A stretch of 62,415 nt of DNA, the filler included, from Choristocarpus tenellus KU-1152 (taxonomy: Eukaryota > Protista > Phaeophyceae), in assembly GCA_964200185.2 (NCBI GenBank). It is 12 parts of 12 records of this genome, joined end to end, with 100 filler letters (N's around TTAATTAATTAA, not from the genome) between each part and the next. Parts side by side here need not be neighbours in the genome. Positions count along the whole stretch, not along the records: positions 19,345 to 24,592 come from CAXNAD020011357.1; positions 24,693 to 27,861 come from CAXNAD020021812.1; positions 27,962 to 30,865 come from CAXNAD020023769.1; positions 30,966 to 35,069 come from CAXNAD020016189.1; positions 35,170 to 38,743 come from CAXNAD020019167.1; 7 more parts are not named here. One strand, 5' to 3'. Below the pieces are notes generated by a model. That model searched no databases. It saw only the letters and a program-made list of their open reading frames with translations, and was not told where the DNA came from. The position numbers and the translations under genes were made by a program. Of this stretch, positions 24,100 to 35,594 are shown in pieces. Every line of letters starts with the position of its first letter. Position 1 is the stretch's first letter.

Positions 24100-24548
24100 G
24101 TATGTCAAGTGTTGTGAGGGATTCTAAGTTACTATGATCACTACATGGACTACATAGTATAATGTACAGTCGGCATACAATTTTAGAATTGAAAGTGTTA
24201 AAATAATCAAACATTTTATATGTAGTGAAACGTTTGAGGGCGTAGAAGGACATGCCATGGGCATTGGCATTGGTCACATAGAAAAATTAACCCATCCGCC
24301 ACATGCGTTCCTGTGCCAGCTGCAATCCTTGAGCCTTACGACCATTTTATGACCAAACTTCCCTTCTACTGTGTCTGAGGACATGTTGTACCATCACTAC
24401 TGTTTGTGAACGGACGGGCAATCTGCTCTACCCAAACTCGGTCCGATTTGGCACCAAACACTATGTTCAGGGTGGGGCATAAGCTTAGGTTTATGGTTAA
24501 AACCAACAGAAAAATCATTTCTCAACCAATGTATGTATATTAATGTTA

Positions 24549-24592
24549 AGGTCAAAGTATCTGGGGGGGGGTGTCGGCGTCCGTCTTTCACC
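24549..24592 (-). mobile_element. MITE family A end, cut by contig end
   Basis: AGGTCAAAGTATCT-polyG-TGTCGGCGTCC. Confidence 0.75.
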
Positions 24593-26414
24593 NNNNNNNN
24601 NNNNNNNNNNNNNNNNNNNNNNNNNNNNNNNNNNNNTTAATTAATTAANNNNNNNNNNNNNNNNNNNNNNNNNNNNNNNNNNNNNNNNNNNNCCCTGTCC
24701 CTCCTCCTCCCCTGACTCGGTTATTCACTTCTTGACAGTAAGGTTCTCAGAGATGACAGGGTCAAGATTGAACTCCTCAACTGCTATTCTTACCGTTGCA
24801 GTGAAGATATTAATTGGATGGAGGCAAGAACATACACTCGCCGAATACTTTGCCTGATCTCCAGACCCATGCAAACGCACGCCCGCATTCCAATATAGAA
24901 CTAGCAGATGAATCAGATTATCCTCTTCCAGACTCCGACATCGCAAGCACAGCTTAGAAGACCTCGCCGTCAACAGAATCACATGTTCTGTGTAGTTTAA
25001 CAGAGTATATGGATAGCGGTACACGCTATTTCCGTCCAAGATCCTAGAGGACATCTACGGTCTTCATCATTTCGACTCTAAGCCGTCGAGGTTGAAACCC
25101 ATTGTTACCCATAGATTATATTCTCCTTGTTAAAGTAACTTAAATCGATGGGACCAAACACTATCCACTACTCCAAATTTAAAATACAACCCATGCCAGT
25201 AGGTGTAGTTTCTTCCGAGACCAGGAGGGTCAAGTACCTGGTGTATGCCACCTCCCAAGCACATTTGTCATTTGAGGCCAATAGAAGAATCGCCTGAGAT
25301 AGAGCAAGAACATTGGTGAGAGAGAAAGTGTCTATACTTCGAAGGACTACTCTCGTACATGGGAAGTATACACACACCAATCACCAACATAACCAAGATC
25401 AGAAATCGAGGTGTGCGCAAGCACGACCTGGGAGCAATTACCTTATCCGAACCCACGCGTTTTACCATCGGTTTCTCTTCTACTACTTAGGGGCCATGCC
25501 ATCCACCATAAACATAGACCCCTTCAATAACAAAGTCTAATACCCATTCTGTCAGTTTTCACAAGGAACTTTACAATTAGTACATTTCCTAATTTGTGAC
25601 CTGAATTTCAAAAGAGCTTGAGATTTTCCGACTTTCTGCCAGTCGGAACTGTATATTAGATAATACTGTTAATCTTTCTACCCTCTTCTTTTCAATTTAA
25701 TTCGCGCATTGGTTCGAGATATATCAAAAATTTCGAATAGGAATGAGGTTTCAATGGCCAACTACCTACGGTTCAAATCAGCATCACTTACACACCATCA
25801 AACACTGGTGTACGAATTTTCCGACCACCTACCATTTTGAAATCGTTAGTTGACAATGGTGAGAAATAGAGGTAAGAAGAAGGAAGGATTACCCACAGTT
25901 GGAGGGACAGAGAGGCAGAAGCATACCAGGCGCCTATCTGAGATGACAAGAAGTCAACTGGAAGGAATTTTGCACAAACAGAGTCGTCAGCCTGATGAAG
26001 CGTCTCTCGGTGTTACGGTACGTCAATCAATGGTATCGAGCAAATCTTGGACACGCGAACACTTTGTATTCATTCGTTACTATCCGACATGGGATAGTTA
26101 CTGCGGGTCATCTACAGTACTCTTGGCCAGCCCTCTGTCAATTGAGTTGTGATACCCATACATATGAGGACTTCCTCGCAGGAGGCTGTGATGGTCCTTC
26201 ACTCAAGTACTTAAGTCAGCGGATAGTTGACCCTGGTGACAAGCCCATCTGATTGTCATTTGTTGAAATATATTCCAGCGTGAACCAGCGAAAGCAAATA
26301 TTACCCCAGCAGAGCCAAGGTTATTTCGAGTACCCCTAACAGAGATGTGAACACCAGGGACTTGTCTTGTGTACCAACCTAAAACGTTTTGTTTACAAAT
26401 GCCACCAGGAAGGC

Positions 26415-26943
26415 ATGTCGGCGAGATCGTCATTAGACAACGCATCCTCCAATAAGCAAAAGGTGGATGATGACACCATGGTCGTGGGTAAGGGCATCAT
26501 GATTAAGGGTGAAGTCGACAACTGTGGAGTGAGTACCCTACGGTATGGATTGAGGGTGTGCTTGTGGGGGTTCATGCCTTAGTTCACTTATCTTCAGTAT
26601 TCCCTTCAAATGTCTTACTTGATCGACAGGATATACTCCCACACTAACCTCGTCAGTGCCCTTTCCCTCTCCCCTTCTTGACACTCAAGCTGTGGATTAC
26701 TTAAGTATTTTTGAAACAGCCACCCACATGAATGATCATTTCCCCCCCATCCACACTGGATGTCTCTGCCGCCTCCTCCCTGGTCTGGAGGCTCTGATTG
26801 TAGACGGGCATTTTGAAGGTGTGTTCAAGGGAGAACGCTTGACGGTCTGCAAGGGTGGGAAGTATGTGGGATCAGCAGACGTGCAAAATGCAGACGTGGG
26901 TGGACGCCTGCAAGGCACCCTCCATGCTCGCTCGCTTTTGGAG
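26415..26943 (+). CDS. Bactofilin (polymer-forming cytoskeletal, CcmA/DUF583) domain protein, spliced, 3' end missing
   Basis: Exon 26415-26528 (gga|GTGAGT) and exon 26791-26943 (gag|GTATGT) join in phase 0: TMVVGKGIMIKGEVDNCG|ALIVDGHFEGVFKGERLTVCKGGKYVGSADVQNADVGGRLQGTLHARSLLE. This is the bactofilin beta-helix pattern (IG.G..I.G; L.VDG..EG; L.V..GG...G; ..V.G...G.+.A...L.I). The acceptor is an uncommon GAG. Confidence 0.85.
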
Positions 26944-27961
26944 GTATGTAATATGGGTCCTGGGGTTGCCTTGGCATGGTGCCTTCACCAGGAAGGTAGT
27001 AGGGATAGGTTTTGTTGAGACTATGTGAATGTAGCCCCTATCCTCCCCTAACTTGTTGAGATTCTCGACATGATTTCTCATAGTAGAAACAACTTTTTTT
27101 TTTTCTTTCTAGTCTAAGACACACCCAGTGCTTGTTTTGGTGTCATTAACGAGTGTTGCACAGTCAAGGCCTTCAACCAATCATGTTCCCTTGTGTTTTG
27201 TTAACTTGTCAAGGATTTTTTTCTGCTCTTAAATTGTTTTCTGGTGATACAAACCCTCCTAAAAATTCATTTGTTCAGAAAAATTTACATACTTTCTTCC
27301 AGGATCTTTGCTGACCAGGCAAATCACATGCGTTATGTCAGAGCAATGACCACAGTGGGGTCCAAGGTCAGCTAGAAAATCTGATAGCTCTGCGCCGCCC
27401 ATGTTAGAACATACTGGTGTGGGGCTGTAGGGCAACCTGGCCCTGTTGAATTGGGTGACAGCCCTGTCGTAATAATTCTACCCCGTGACCAACCTGGCAA
27501 GATGTGATACGCACGGCCCAGCCCAGTCAATAAATACGTGGATGACTATGTCTGTGTTTCTTTTTAGATGTATGATTAATAAGGAGCTTAATTTTGCAGT
27601 TTATTTCCATGCATAAATTTATAAATCATGAAATTTTATTTGGTCAAGAATTCAATACTTGAATAATAATACACCAGACCTTTTTTTTTGTCGTGGAGAG
27701 GTAGACATATCTCTACCACACGCAGCAACAGTCTTAAAGAACGCATTTCTTAGAAAGTTCTCACGAGACGAACGTAGCGAAACACCTTCCAAGGTGTTGG
27801 AAACCCATTCTTTTTTGAGGGGATTTCGTCACGTGCTGGCGTGCGTGCACGGGGTCAAGGCNNNNNNNNNNNNNNNNNNNNNNNNNNNNNNNNNNNNNNN
27901 NNNNNTTAATTAATTAANNNNNNNNNNNNNNNNNNNNNNNNNNNNNNNNNNNNNNNNNNNN

Positions 27962-28426
27962 GTGCAAAATCAGTCACATGTGGGAGGAAGCATGCCCCAG
28001 TTGACTTCAGCACGGCGAGAATCTGTGATTGGGGGGTTTGGTGGGGGACAAGTTGCAGGTCAGGGGTTGGTATCACAGGAAATGGGACAAGCTGGGGGGC
28101 TGATGCAAGCGGCACATGCTGGGCAGCGTCGAGTATCGATTGTAGGGGGGATGAGGGGGCTTCGTGGGGGCATGAATGATTCTGAGGAGGTTGCATCACA
28201 GCCATTGGTGCAATCAGGTGCCTTGCTCTTGGGGGGTGTGGTGGGTGGATATTTTCCGCATGCCCCTTCGATTTCAAACATGACGAATTTGTCATTACCA
28301 TTGAACACGACTGGGAATGGTGGGGGGTTTATGCCTCCTCCTTTGAGCATAGGCATGAAAAATGAGATAGGACAGTCTATGGGTGGGATTGCTGCTGTAT
28401 GGGATGCCCCACCCGGGGCAACATAG
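27962..28426 (+). CDS. Probable terminal exon of an unknown Gly/Met-rich low-complexity protein
   Basis: 154-codon frame open from the contig start to TAG, in GC-richer, coding-like sequence. No domain recognised. Confidence 0.5.
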   Translation: MQNQSHVGGSMPQLTSARRESVIGGFGGGQVAGQGLVSQEMGQAGGLMQAAHAGQRRVSIVGGMRGLRGGMNDSEEVASQPLVQSGALLLGGVVGGYFPHAPSISNMTNLSLPLNTTGNGGGFMPPPLSIGMKNEIGQSMGGIAAVWDAPPGAT

Positions 28427-30686
28427 GAATGCTAAGCCTTTGCTATTAGTACTTCTGTTCCTGCTGCTGTTGTTGTAGAACAGAGCACTCACCCCCTCCC
28501 CGTGAATGTCGGTCGCAGACATGCGAGTTGCTCACTGGGGGGGGTTGAGATTGTTGTTGGGTGGGATTCATTTATTATTTTGTCACATCAATGTTTGTGT
28601 CGGGGCAGTTTCCTGTCTAGTGATTCACCGATGATGTGTTTTAGCCTCTCTACTCTCTCTTGTGAAATGAGCAGAGAAGGACTTGAGGGGATAGTGTCCC
28701 CATTGGACATGTGTGACGACCAAGCATTCATTTATGACTTATGCACACTCTTGAATATTTTTTACCTTTTATCACTAGCCCAGGAATGCCTTGGAACCCC
28801 CTTCCCCTCCTCTCCTTGTTCTATGTGTTTGGGATACACATTCCCTGGAAAGATTTGTACTAGTTGAAATGGATTCACATCCATATGCACACATATTTAG
28901 GGCAGCTGACTTGAGCAAGTTAGATAGCATAACTGACTGCTTCGCCAACTGATTCATGTCTAGGCTACATGTTTTTGTATTTTGAGAGTGATGTCTAGTT
29001 CTGTCTAAGCGACTCCATATTTTTCGGGTCGATGGGCCACGTCAAGTTGTAGCATCATACTCTTTATGTGCTCCTTGACTTTGTTTTGTGAATGGAATGT
29101 ATTTTTGGGGGGGAACGCACAGGGGGAGTGAAGGAGATGGGGGTAGGATCGTAAAGTTGAGTAGGTGTGATGGAGAGGGAGTGGGGGGAGTATGTTAAAT
29201 TGAGAGGTAGAAGAAGACGTGACCGAGTGATACGATGTGTAACTTAGGGTAAGGGTCTGTTCACTTTTTACTCCAGGATAGATGTTGCCCACTGTGGATC
29301 ATGTGAAACATTGTGATTGGAAGGTTGAGGGGGGTGGAGTTTGTATTTAACCCCCCCACAACAAGAATCAGCTTATAACTTTGTGACCTAGGCCTGGCCT
29401 GGGCCTCTTACTTCCATTGGCTCCTAGCCAAAGGGGTGTCCAGAAGTAGGGTACTGAGATTGTCAGCCTTCAGAATGGCGCTTGTTCGAGCAAACTTTTA
29501 AAAAGGGTTATTTTACAGTACATTAGCAGCGCATGCCAGGCGTTGTAGTCTACAGTAGTACTCTGGAGTACATTGAAGGATGGGCGGGGGGGGAGGGATC
29601 ATTGAGAGTATCGAGTATCATATCACACGTCCAAACCTATCAAGTGTTCAGGGCCAGAGGGTAAGAATAGTGGACGGATGTTGAGTGAGTGAGTGCTGGG
29701 TGTAGGGGAGAGTAATTGCTCTTGCATGACATGTTCTTCCCAAAATATGTCTTATCTGTATTTTTGTTGTTAGAGCCAATGGTGAGGAACATTGTTAACT
29801 GTTGGGAATGACTGAGTTCACTTCACATTGATGTGTTTGCTGGCCAGATGCATGGTCTGGGCAAGGTTATTTCGAATAGTAGTGTTCCCTTTCTGTGACA
29901 GATATGTTAAAAGTTCGCTGCGTGTGCCTGAATGCATAATCATGCCAGCTAAAGCAATATTTTATTCAATGAGCAATTTCGTAGTGAGCAGACTTCATGT
30001 TTTGATTTGGTCAGTGCACGAAATAAACGAGATTCTCTCACAATTCTCCTCAATGTTTGTTGTTATTGTGACCATTTGTCACTGTTCTTGACTCTTTTTT
30101 TTTGGAAGGAAAACCTCGTTCCAGAAAAACCAAGAAGCTTATCTTTTAACACCATGTGTAGAGGTGTATATATGTCATTATATGCATCGGCAATCATATA
30201 TTACGGGTATTACATTATTTGTTATCTACAGAATAAGAGGGGTGAGGTAACCTCCTGCATCTAACATCACAACTGAACTGCAGCATGATACTTGTATTAC
30301 TTTTGGTACTATCACCATAAACGCTTACTACAGTATTAGTCATTTGTTATGACCTTCCATACACACATAATGAAAGGCATATACGGGAAGATGCCATGAT
30401 GCATAATGTTTTTATTATTATGCCCTCTGACATCTCACAGGTGTACCAGGGGAAAAACTAATGAAAACTATTCACGTGTCAGAAAAATCCCTAAAGAAGT
30501 AACAGTTATCACAAATGTGAAGCACAATAATCTTTTGTTTTGCTCATCTAGTCTGGATTATTATTTTTATTTTTATTATCTGTTTGCATTCCACCCATTC
30601 CCCCTTCCCTCCCCTTTGTACCCCCACTTATGACCACCAAGCGGGACCTCTTCGCCACTGATTCTCGTTCCCCCCCCCCTTTGCAA

Positions 30687-30865
30687 TGACCAACCAATGC
30701 GAAGCCCTTTCACCACTGATTTCCAGCCACCCCCCACATCTGATGACCAACCAGGGCGAACCCCCTTTGCCACTGATTTCCAGTCACCCCCCACATCTGA
30801 TGACCAACCAGGGCGAACCCCCTTTGCCACTGATTTCCAGTCACCCCCCACATCTGATGACTAAC
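30687..30865. repeat. 57-bp minisatellite, at least 3 copies, running into contig end
   Basis: TGACCAACC unit starts at 30687, 30744, 30801 and 30858. Related degenerate units on the minus strand at about 33200-33320. Confidence 0.9.
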
Positions 30866-31151
30866 NNNNNNNNNNNNNNNNNNNNNNNNNNNNNNNNNNN
30901 NNNNNNNNNTTAATTAATTAANNNNNNNNNNNNNNNNNNNNNNNNNNNNNNNNNNNNNNNNNNNNCCCCTTCCCCCCCCTCCCCTCTCCCTCCATCCCCC
31001 CCCCCCCCCCCCCGGACTTTTTATTGAATCGAAATGATTATCCAACTGTTGGGCACTATACTTGCGTTAATCACTTTCCTTCACTGTGGCGACTTGTTAC
31101 TAATTGTAGAAAGGATGCCCACAAATCCTCCTTCAATGGTCATACATTATA

Positions 31152-31778
31152 GACCCAAAGTATCTGGAGGTGGGGGGGTCTATGTTTCTTATTTATAAAT
31201 AAAGATTAAGAGATTATGAAGAAATATAATTATTTGTAAACTAGTTAAAGAGAAAGAAAACAAAAGAAAAAATACAAGAGCTGCTGTGCTGTATTATATG
31301 TATAGATTACGAGTAAAAGCTATAGATTTTTTTTTTTGTGNNNNNNNNNNTATGTTGCGGGACCCAATTTATCTGGGGGGGGGGGGGGGGGGGGGGGAAC
31401 AGAAAACCGAACACCTTAACAAAAAAAAAAAAAAAAAGCCCTATTTTTTACCCCCCACGGAAGTACCAAACAACCCCCAACAAATACAAAAAAAAAAAAA
31501 AAAAAAAAAACAAGAGCTGCTGTTCTTAATAATATATATAGATTACGAGTAAAAGCTATAGATTTTTTTTTTTGTGCGGGATATTATTTTTAATCAACAC
31601 AATTGATAATCCAGAAAATAAGTATACTGCTTTCACACCAGAGTGTCCATTTGGACCAAAACCAGGAAAAGGCACTTTCATTATCCATCCAACGTATGGA
31701 ACCAAATCACCCAAAAATCGTGACATGAAAAAATGGCCCCAAATGGAAAGCCACCACCCCCCACAGATACTTTAAGCC
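31152..31778 (+). mobile_element. MITE family A, TSD ATA, interrupted by an insertion at 31183-31635
   Basis: ata|GACCCAAAGTATCT..GGTCTA[insert]CACCAGAGTGTCCATTTGG...AGATACTTTAAGCC|ata. Confidence 0.85.
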
Positions 31779-32518
31779 ATAGCCCTTATCCTTACTTTAT
31801 CTCTTTTTCTTTTGTTTTACAATGTAAAGCTCTCAAGTGTAACCTCCCATCGTAAGCAGTAGTCCTTTATTTAAAAGGTTATCCCACACTTGTACACAGG
31901 GTGGTGCAGGAGCTACGGTTAGTCATTACCCTTTCCTCTCTTTATATTAGTATGCTCTTCTTTATCTGCATATTTTTCAATATTATGCTCTCGCCCGGTC
32001 CGTTTTTATTTTAACTATCACATCTCGTTGTTGTTTTTTCTAATGCTGACATACATCTACTGCCAATCTCCAGTTCTACTTTCGTGGCATTCGCTCCCCC
32101 TAAAATTTCACCCTACTCCATGCCCTCATCCAGGACTCTGACCATATCTATAATTAATTTTGTAGCGGCCACTTCACCTAGAATCCCCACCTACCACGTG
32201 CCCTCATTTGGTACTCTGGAATATCCATACAGGTTTTCTTCTTATTTTGTTTCTTATATCGCGTTATCTCCCAGCTTGTAGCTATGATGTATAGATTCTA
32301 TGGCTACTCATATCGACATAGCCACTGATTCACAGGGTGCCTATGCTTAGTAAACGTCCATCACTAGCCTTGTACCTTCCACACATGACTCTTGCACGGG
32401 GTGGTCCCCTCTACATCATCCTATAGTGAGCCCACGCTGTTCAATTCCTTTTTGCCGTATGGGCTGGGGTGAATGATATAAGCAGCGGAAAAACAACCCA
32501 TGCCCTCTATCACCGATC

Positions 32519-32774
32519 GAGTGAAAGTATCTTGGGGGTACGAGTTTTGCCCTGTTTGTCCATTTGGGACTTGGCTTCTGATGGGTTTTTTGTAACATTT
32601 TCCTACTCCAAAATGTTTCAGAGTAGGCAAAATGTATACGTTATGAAAAGGTGTGTCCAGAACAAGGATACTGACACTTCCTAACAATCACGATAGCCAA
32701 AATTACTTCAAAATCTCAACATTGGATTTTGGACCCAAATAGACGCTGCCCTATCCACTAAGATACTTTGGCTC
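32519..32774 (+). mobile_element. MITE family B (256 bp)
   Basis: GAGTGAAAGTATCTT...TAAGATACTTTGGCTC; flanks atc/ata. Confidence 0.9.
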
Positions 32775-33322
32775 ATAGATATAAACCTAGTATCTGTCCC
32801 GGAAGACGGCTGATACTCGGTCAGGATCGTGGGAGCATTGAGAATAGCAACAACTGGGTCACCGGAAATAGTGATAAAGAGGGAAAGGAAGACAAAGGTT
32901 GGGGGCGTTTTTTTGTATACGTTAGAGCTAACCCAAGAGACCCAGTATGGTATCGAAAGGTTTGGCAGAGAGTAGGAAGGATTGAGTGTAACCAGTGTAG
33001 GAGGTGCAACTGTAACCCAAAGGGGGAGGTCAAATTCGGGTGGGGTAGATTTTTTCTAGCTCAAAGGCACGGTATTGAAGTTGATGATGGAAGGGTGTTC
33101 TAGGATTAATATGGAGAGTTGTTGAGTGGTGGAGAACGGTGTAATTTTTGCAGAAAGTGTAATAAAGTGTTGTGGAGGAACGTGGGATGGATTCACAGAA
33201 ATTGGCCGCATTGATTGGTGACTGGAAATAAGTAGCGAAGATTGGCTACACTGGTTTGTCACTGGATATTTTTGTGATCGGCCGCATTGGTCCGTGACTG
33301 GAAGGCAGTGGCAAGGATTGGT

Positions 33323-33579
33323 GAGTCAAAGTATCTTAGAGGGTAGAACCGCGTCCATTTGAGGACCAGAATGCAATTTACGATTTTGGAGTAATTTTGG
33401 CTATCGTGTTGGTTGGAAAGTGTCAATATCCTTGTTCCGGACACACCTTTTCATAACGTATACATATACCTACTTCAAAGCATTTCGAAGGAGGAAAACG
33501 TCATAAAAAAACCCGTGGGAAGCCAAGTCTCAAATGAACAAACCTGGCAAAACTTGTACCCTCTAAGATACTTTCACTC
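33323..33579 (-). mobile_element. MITE family B
   Basis: GAGTCAAAGTATCTTAGAGGGTA...TACCCTCTAAGATACTTTCACTC (23-bp TIR with 1 mismatch); flanks ggt/tgt. Confidence 0.92.
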
Positions 33580-33639
33580 TGTCTTAATGGGGACCAACAA
33601 GAGCTTGTCAGTAGTGTCTCTTCATTAGAGTACTCACTA

Positions 33640-34060
33640 GTTCCGGCAGTATTAATGGAGGGTGGGAAAAGCAGGGAAGGATATTAAATCAGTGTGGGTT
33701 ATGCCAGTCCCAGAACTAGGAGGCTGGAAAGCCATGAGTGGGTGCTATAGGAAAAGCATTTAGGAGGGCGAGGATCGAATTGTTGTGTTTTGTGGGACTT
33801 TTGGAGTGGTAGATGTCGGCATTGTAGGATCACCCTCCTTTGGCCATTGTAAGTACAGTATGCGGGCAGTCATCAAGCTTCGGAGCAAGTGGGTAAAGAG
33901 GACGGAAAGGAGGAGTAATGTATGTACTGGATACTTATCTACACCAAGGACAGTTTCCCATTGCTTACCTCACTGCCAGCTGCTACTGGAGAAGACTGCC
34001 GCAGGAGATACGCAAATACTCCACCTGAAGTGCGTGTCGTTGGGGAGTGGATACATCCTT
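33640..34060 (-). mobile_element. Decayed non-LTR (LINE) reverse transcriptase fragment
   Basis: ETVLGVDKYP..LLRSLMTA..WPKE followed, after a frameshift, by YNADIY..K.P...NNSILALLNAF. This resembles the LINE RT N-terminal KAPG.D..WK.A.I..PK..NYRPIALLN. Confidence 0.4.
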
Positions 34061-34391
34061 CTGGCTTTGAGGGCTAGTAAGAAGAGTGGGTGCTCTGCGA
34101 TTGCTTAGGTCATTGGGCTAGATGATAGTGTAGGTGATAAGACCATACCAGTCTGTGATGGTGGTGCTGAAGTGTAGTAGGCATGTCATATTTTCAACAT
34201 TTCACATTTATATTCTGTGTGTTAGTTTTGTGTCCAACATTCACACACACAAAATGTGTTGCGGAAATTGTTTGTTAGGGGTCAAGCCGGTCACGTGTCA
34301 AGTAAGTAGTCACATGTAGTGTGAAGCAATTAGGTCCCGGGTCACCAGCAAGTTTGTCGTTCGTTTGGGGCTAGTTGAGCACCACACTGTT

Positions 34392-34698
34392 TGTTACAGG
34401 CGCCCCCGAAAACTTACCTCCACAGGATGTATAGCTCCAATCTACGAGCCTATAGATGATACTGATGTACGTATAGGACTCCTGATGTACAAGTCGTCAA
34501 GTATGCTGGATCTCTCACTTGGATTATCTTCAATATCATCGTATAAAAAGGAACTGGTCTACGATGTCTTAACACAATTGAGGACCACAATGACCAAATA
34601 ATAAATAAATAATCAAGAAGTACAAATATATCAAATCTAGAACTTCAATGTCATAATGGTGTTTATGGAACCGCCATCAACACATATCGCCTGTTAGA
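34392..34698 (+). mobile_element. Solo LTR (TGTTACAG family)
   Basis: Starts TGTTACAGG, ends cctgttaga; flanks tgtt/tgtc. The 5' part matches 53193 and the reverse complement of 55000-55193. Confidence 0.7.
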
Positions 34699-34871
34699 TG
34701 TCCACCAGGGTTATCTAAAAGTAGGATGCAGTATGTTTTTAGTACGATGAACTGACATCATTGAGACAGAACAGCCAAAGTGTTACCTACTTGGACGAAT
34801 ACATTTGTGGGTGGGTGATGGTTGTGTAGCTCCCTAACCCAAAACGCACCATCCATATATTTTTTAGTACA

Positions 34872-35069
34872 GAGTCAACGTATCTTAGAGGGTAGGGCCG
34901 CGTCCATTTGGGGGCCGAAACCTAATATTCCGATTTCGATGTAATTCTGGCTATCGCGTCTGTTAGGAAGTGCCAATATCCTTGTTCCGGACACACCTTT
35001 TCATAACATATACATTTGAGTGAAACTATCTTAGAGGGTACGAATTTTTCCCTGTTTGTCCATTTGTGG
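34872..35069 (-). mobile_element. MITE family B with a second, opposite-orientation family B copy nested at 35018
   Basis: GAGTCAACGTATCTTAGAGGG...tatacattt|GAGTGAAACTATCTTAGAGGGTACGA; the contig ends inside the nested copy. Confidence 0.85.
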
Positions 35070-35594
35070 NNNNNNNNNNNNNNNNNNNNNNNNNNNNNNN
35101 NNNNNNNNNNNNNTTAATTAATTAANNNNNNNNNNNNNNNNNNNNNNNNNNNNNNNNNNNNNNNNNNNNGAGGGTGTTTTGATAAAGGAAAAAGAGGTTT
35201 GTTTGGTTGGTGGTGGGGTGGGGAGGTTGTTTTGTGTGGGGGGCAATATTGTGTTTGTTGAGGAAGTGTAACTGTCAAGTGGAGTAAAATAAAAAATGTT
35301 GATGTTATTGGTCTTACCTAGAGTATTTCCAGTGATGTAACCAGGGGTTCAAATCACAGTTGGAGTCTGTTGTTTTTTTCAATTAGTAGGACAATGACAG
35401 TAAGTATGAGTTGGTTTGTGGGTGTGTCAAGAGAAGGTATTAACTGAAAGTAGGGGGTACCCCTAGCATTCTGTACAGTTGACCTAATGGTGACCTTGTT
35501 TCTAGACCCTCTTGCCCCCCTTGGATTGATTGAGCAATATTTGTATTGTTCTTGTTTTAATTTAACTCTAACCTGTTGTATGTACTGTAACCAG

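Noticed and set aside
24793-25468. Possible small minus-strand exons (MVKRVGSDK|AILLLASNDK..YTR|QSIRRVYV..)
   Set aside because: Phases fit, but the segments are short, have no recognisable homology and run off the contig.
31275-31580. 65-bp direct repeat around a 10-N gap
   Set aside because: Homopolymer-rich low-quality sequence; most likely an unmerged overlap.
35300-35375. tRNA-like B-box GGTTCAAATC followed by a T-run
   Set aside because: No cloverleaf; at most a decayed SINE or tRNA remnant.
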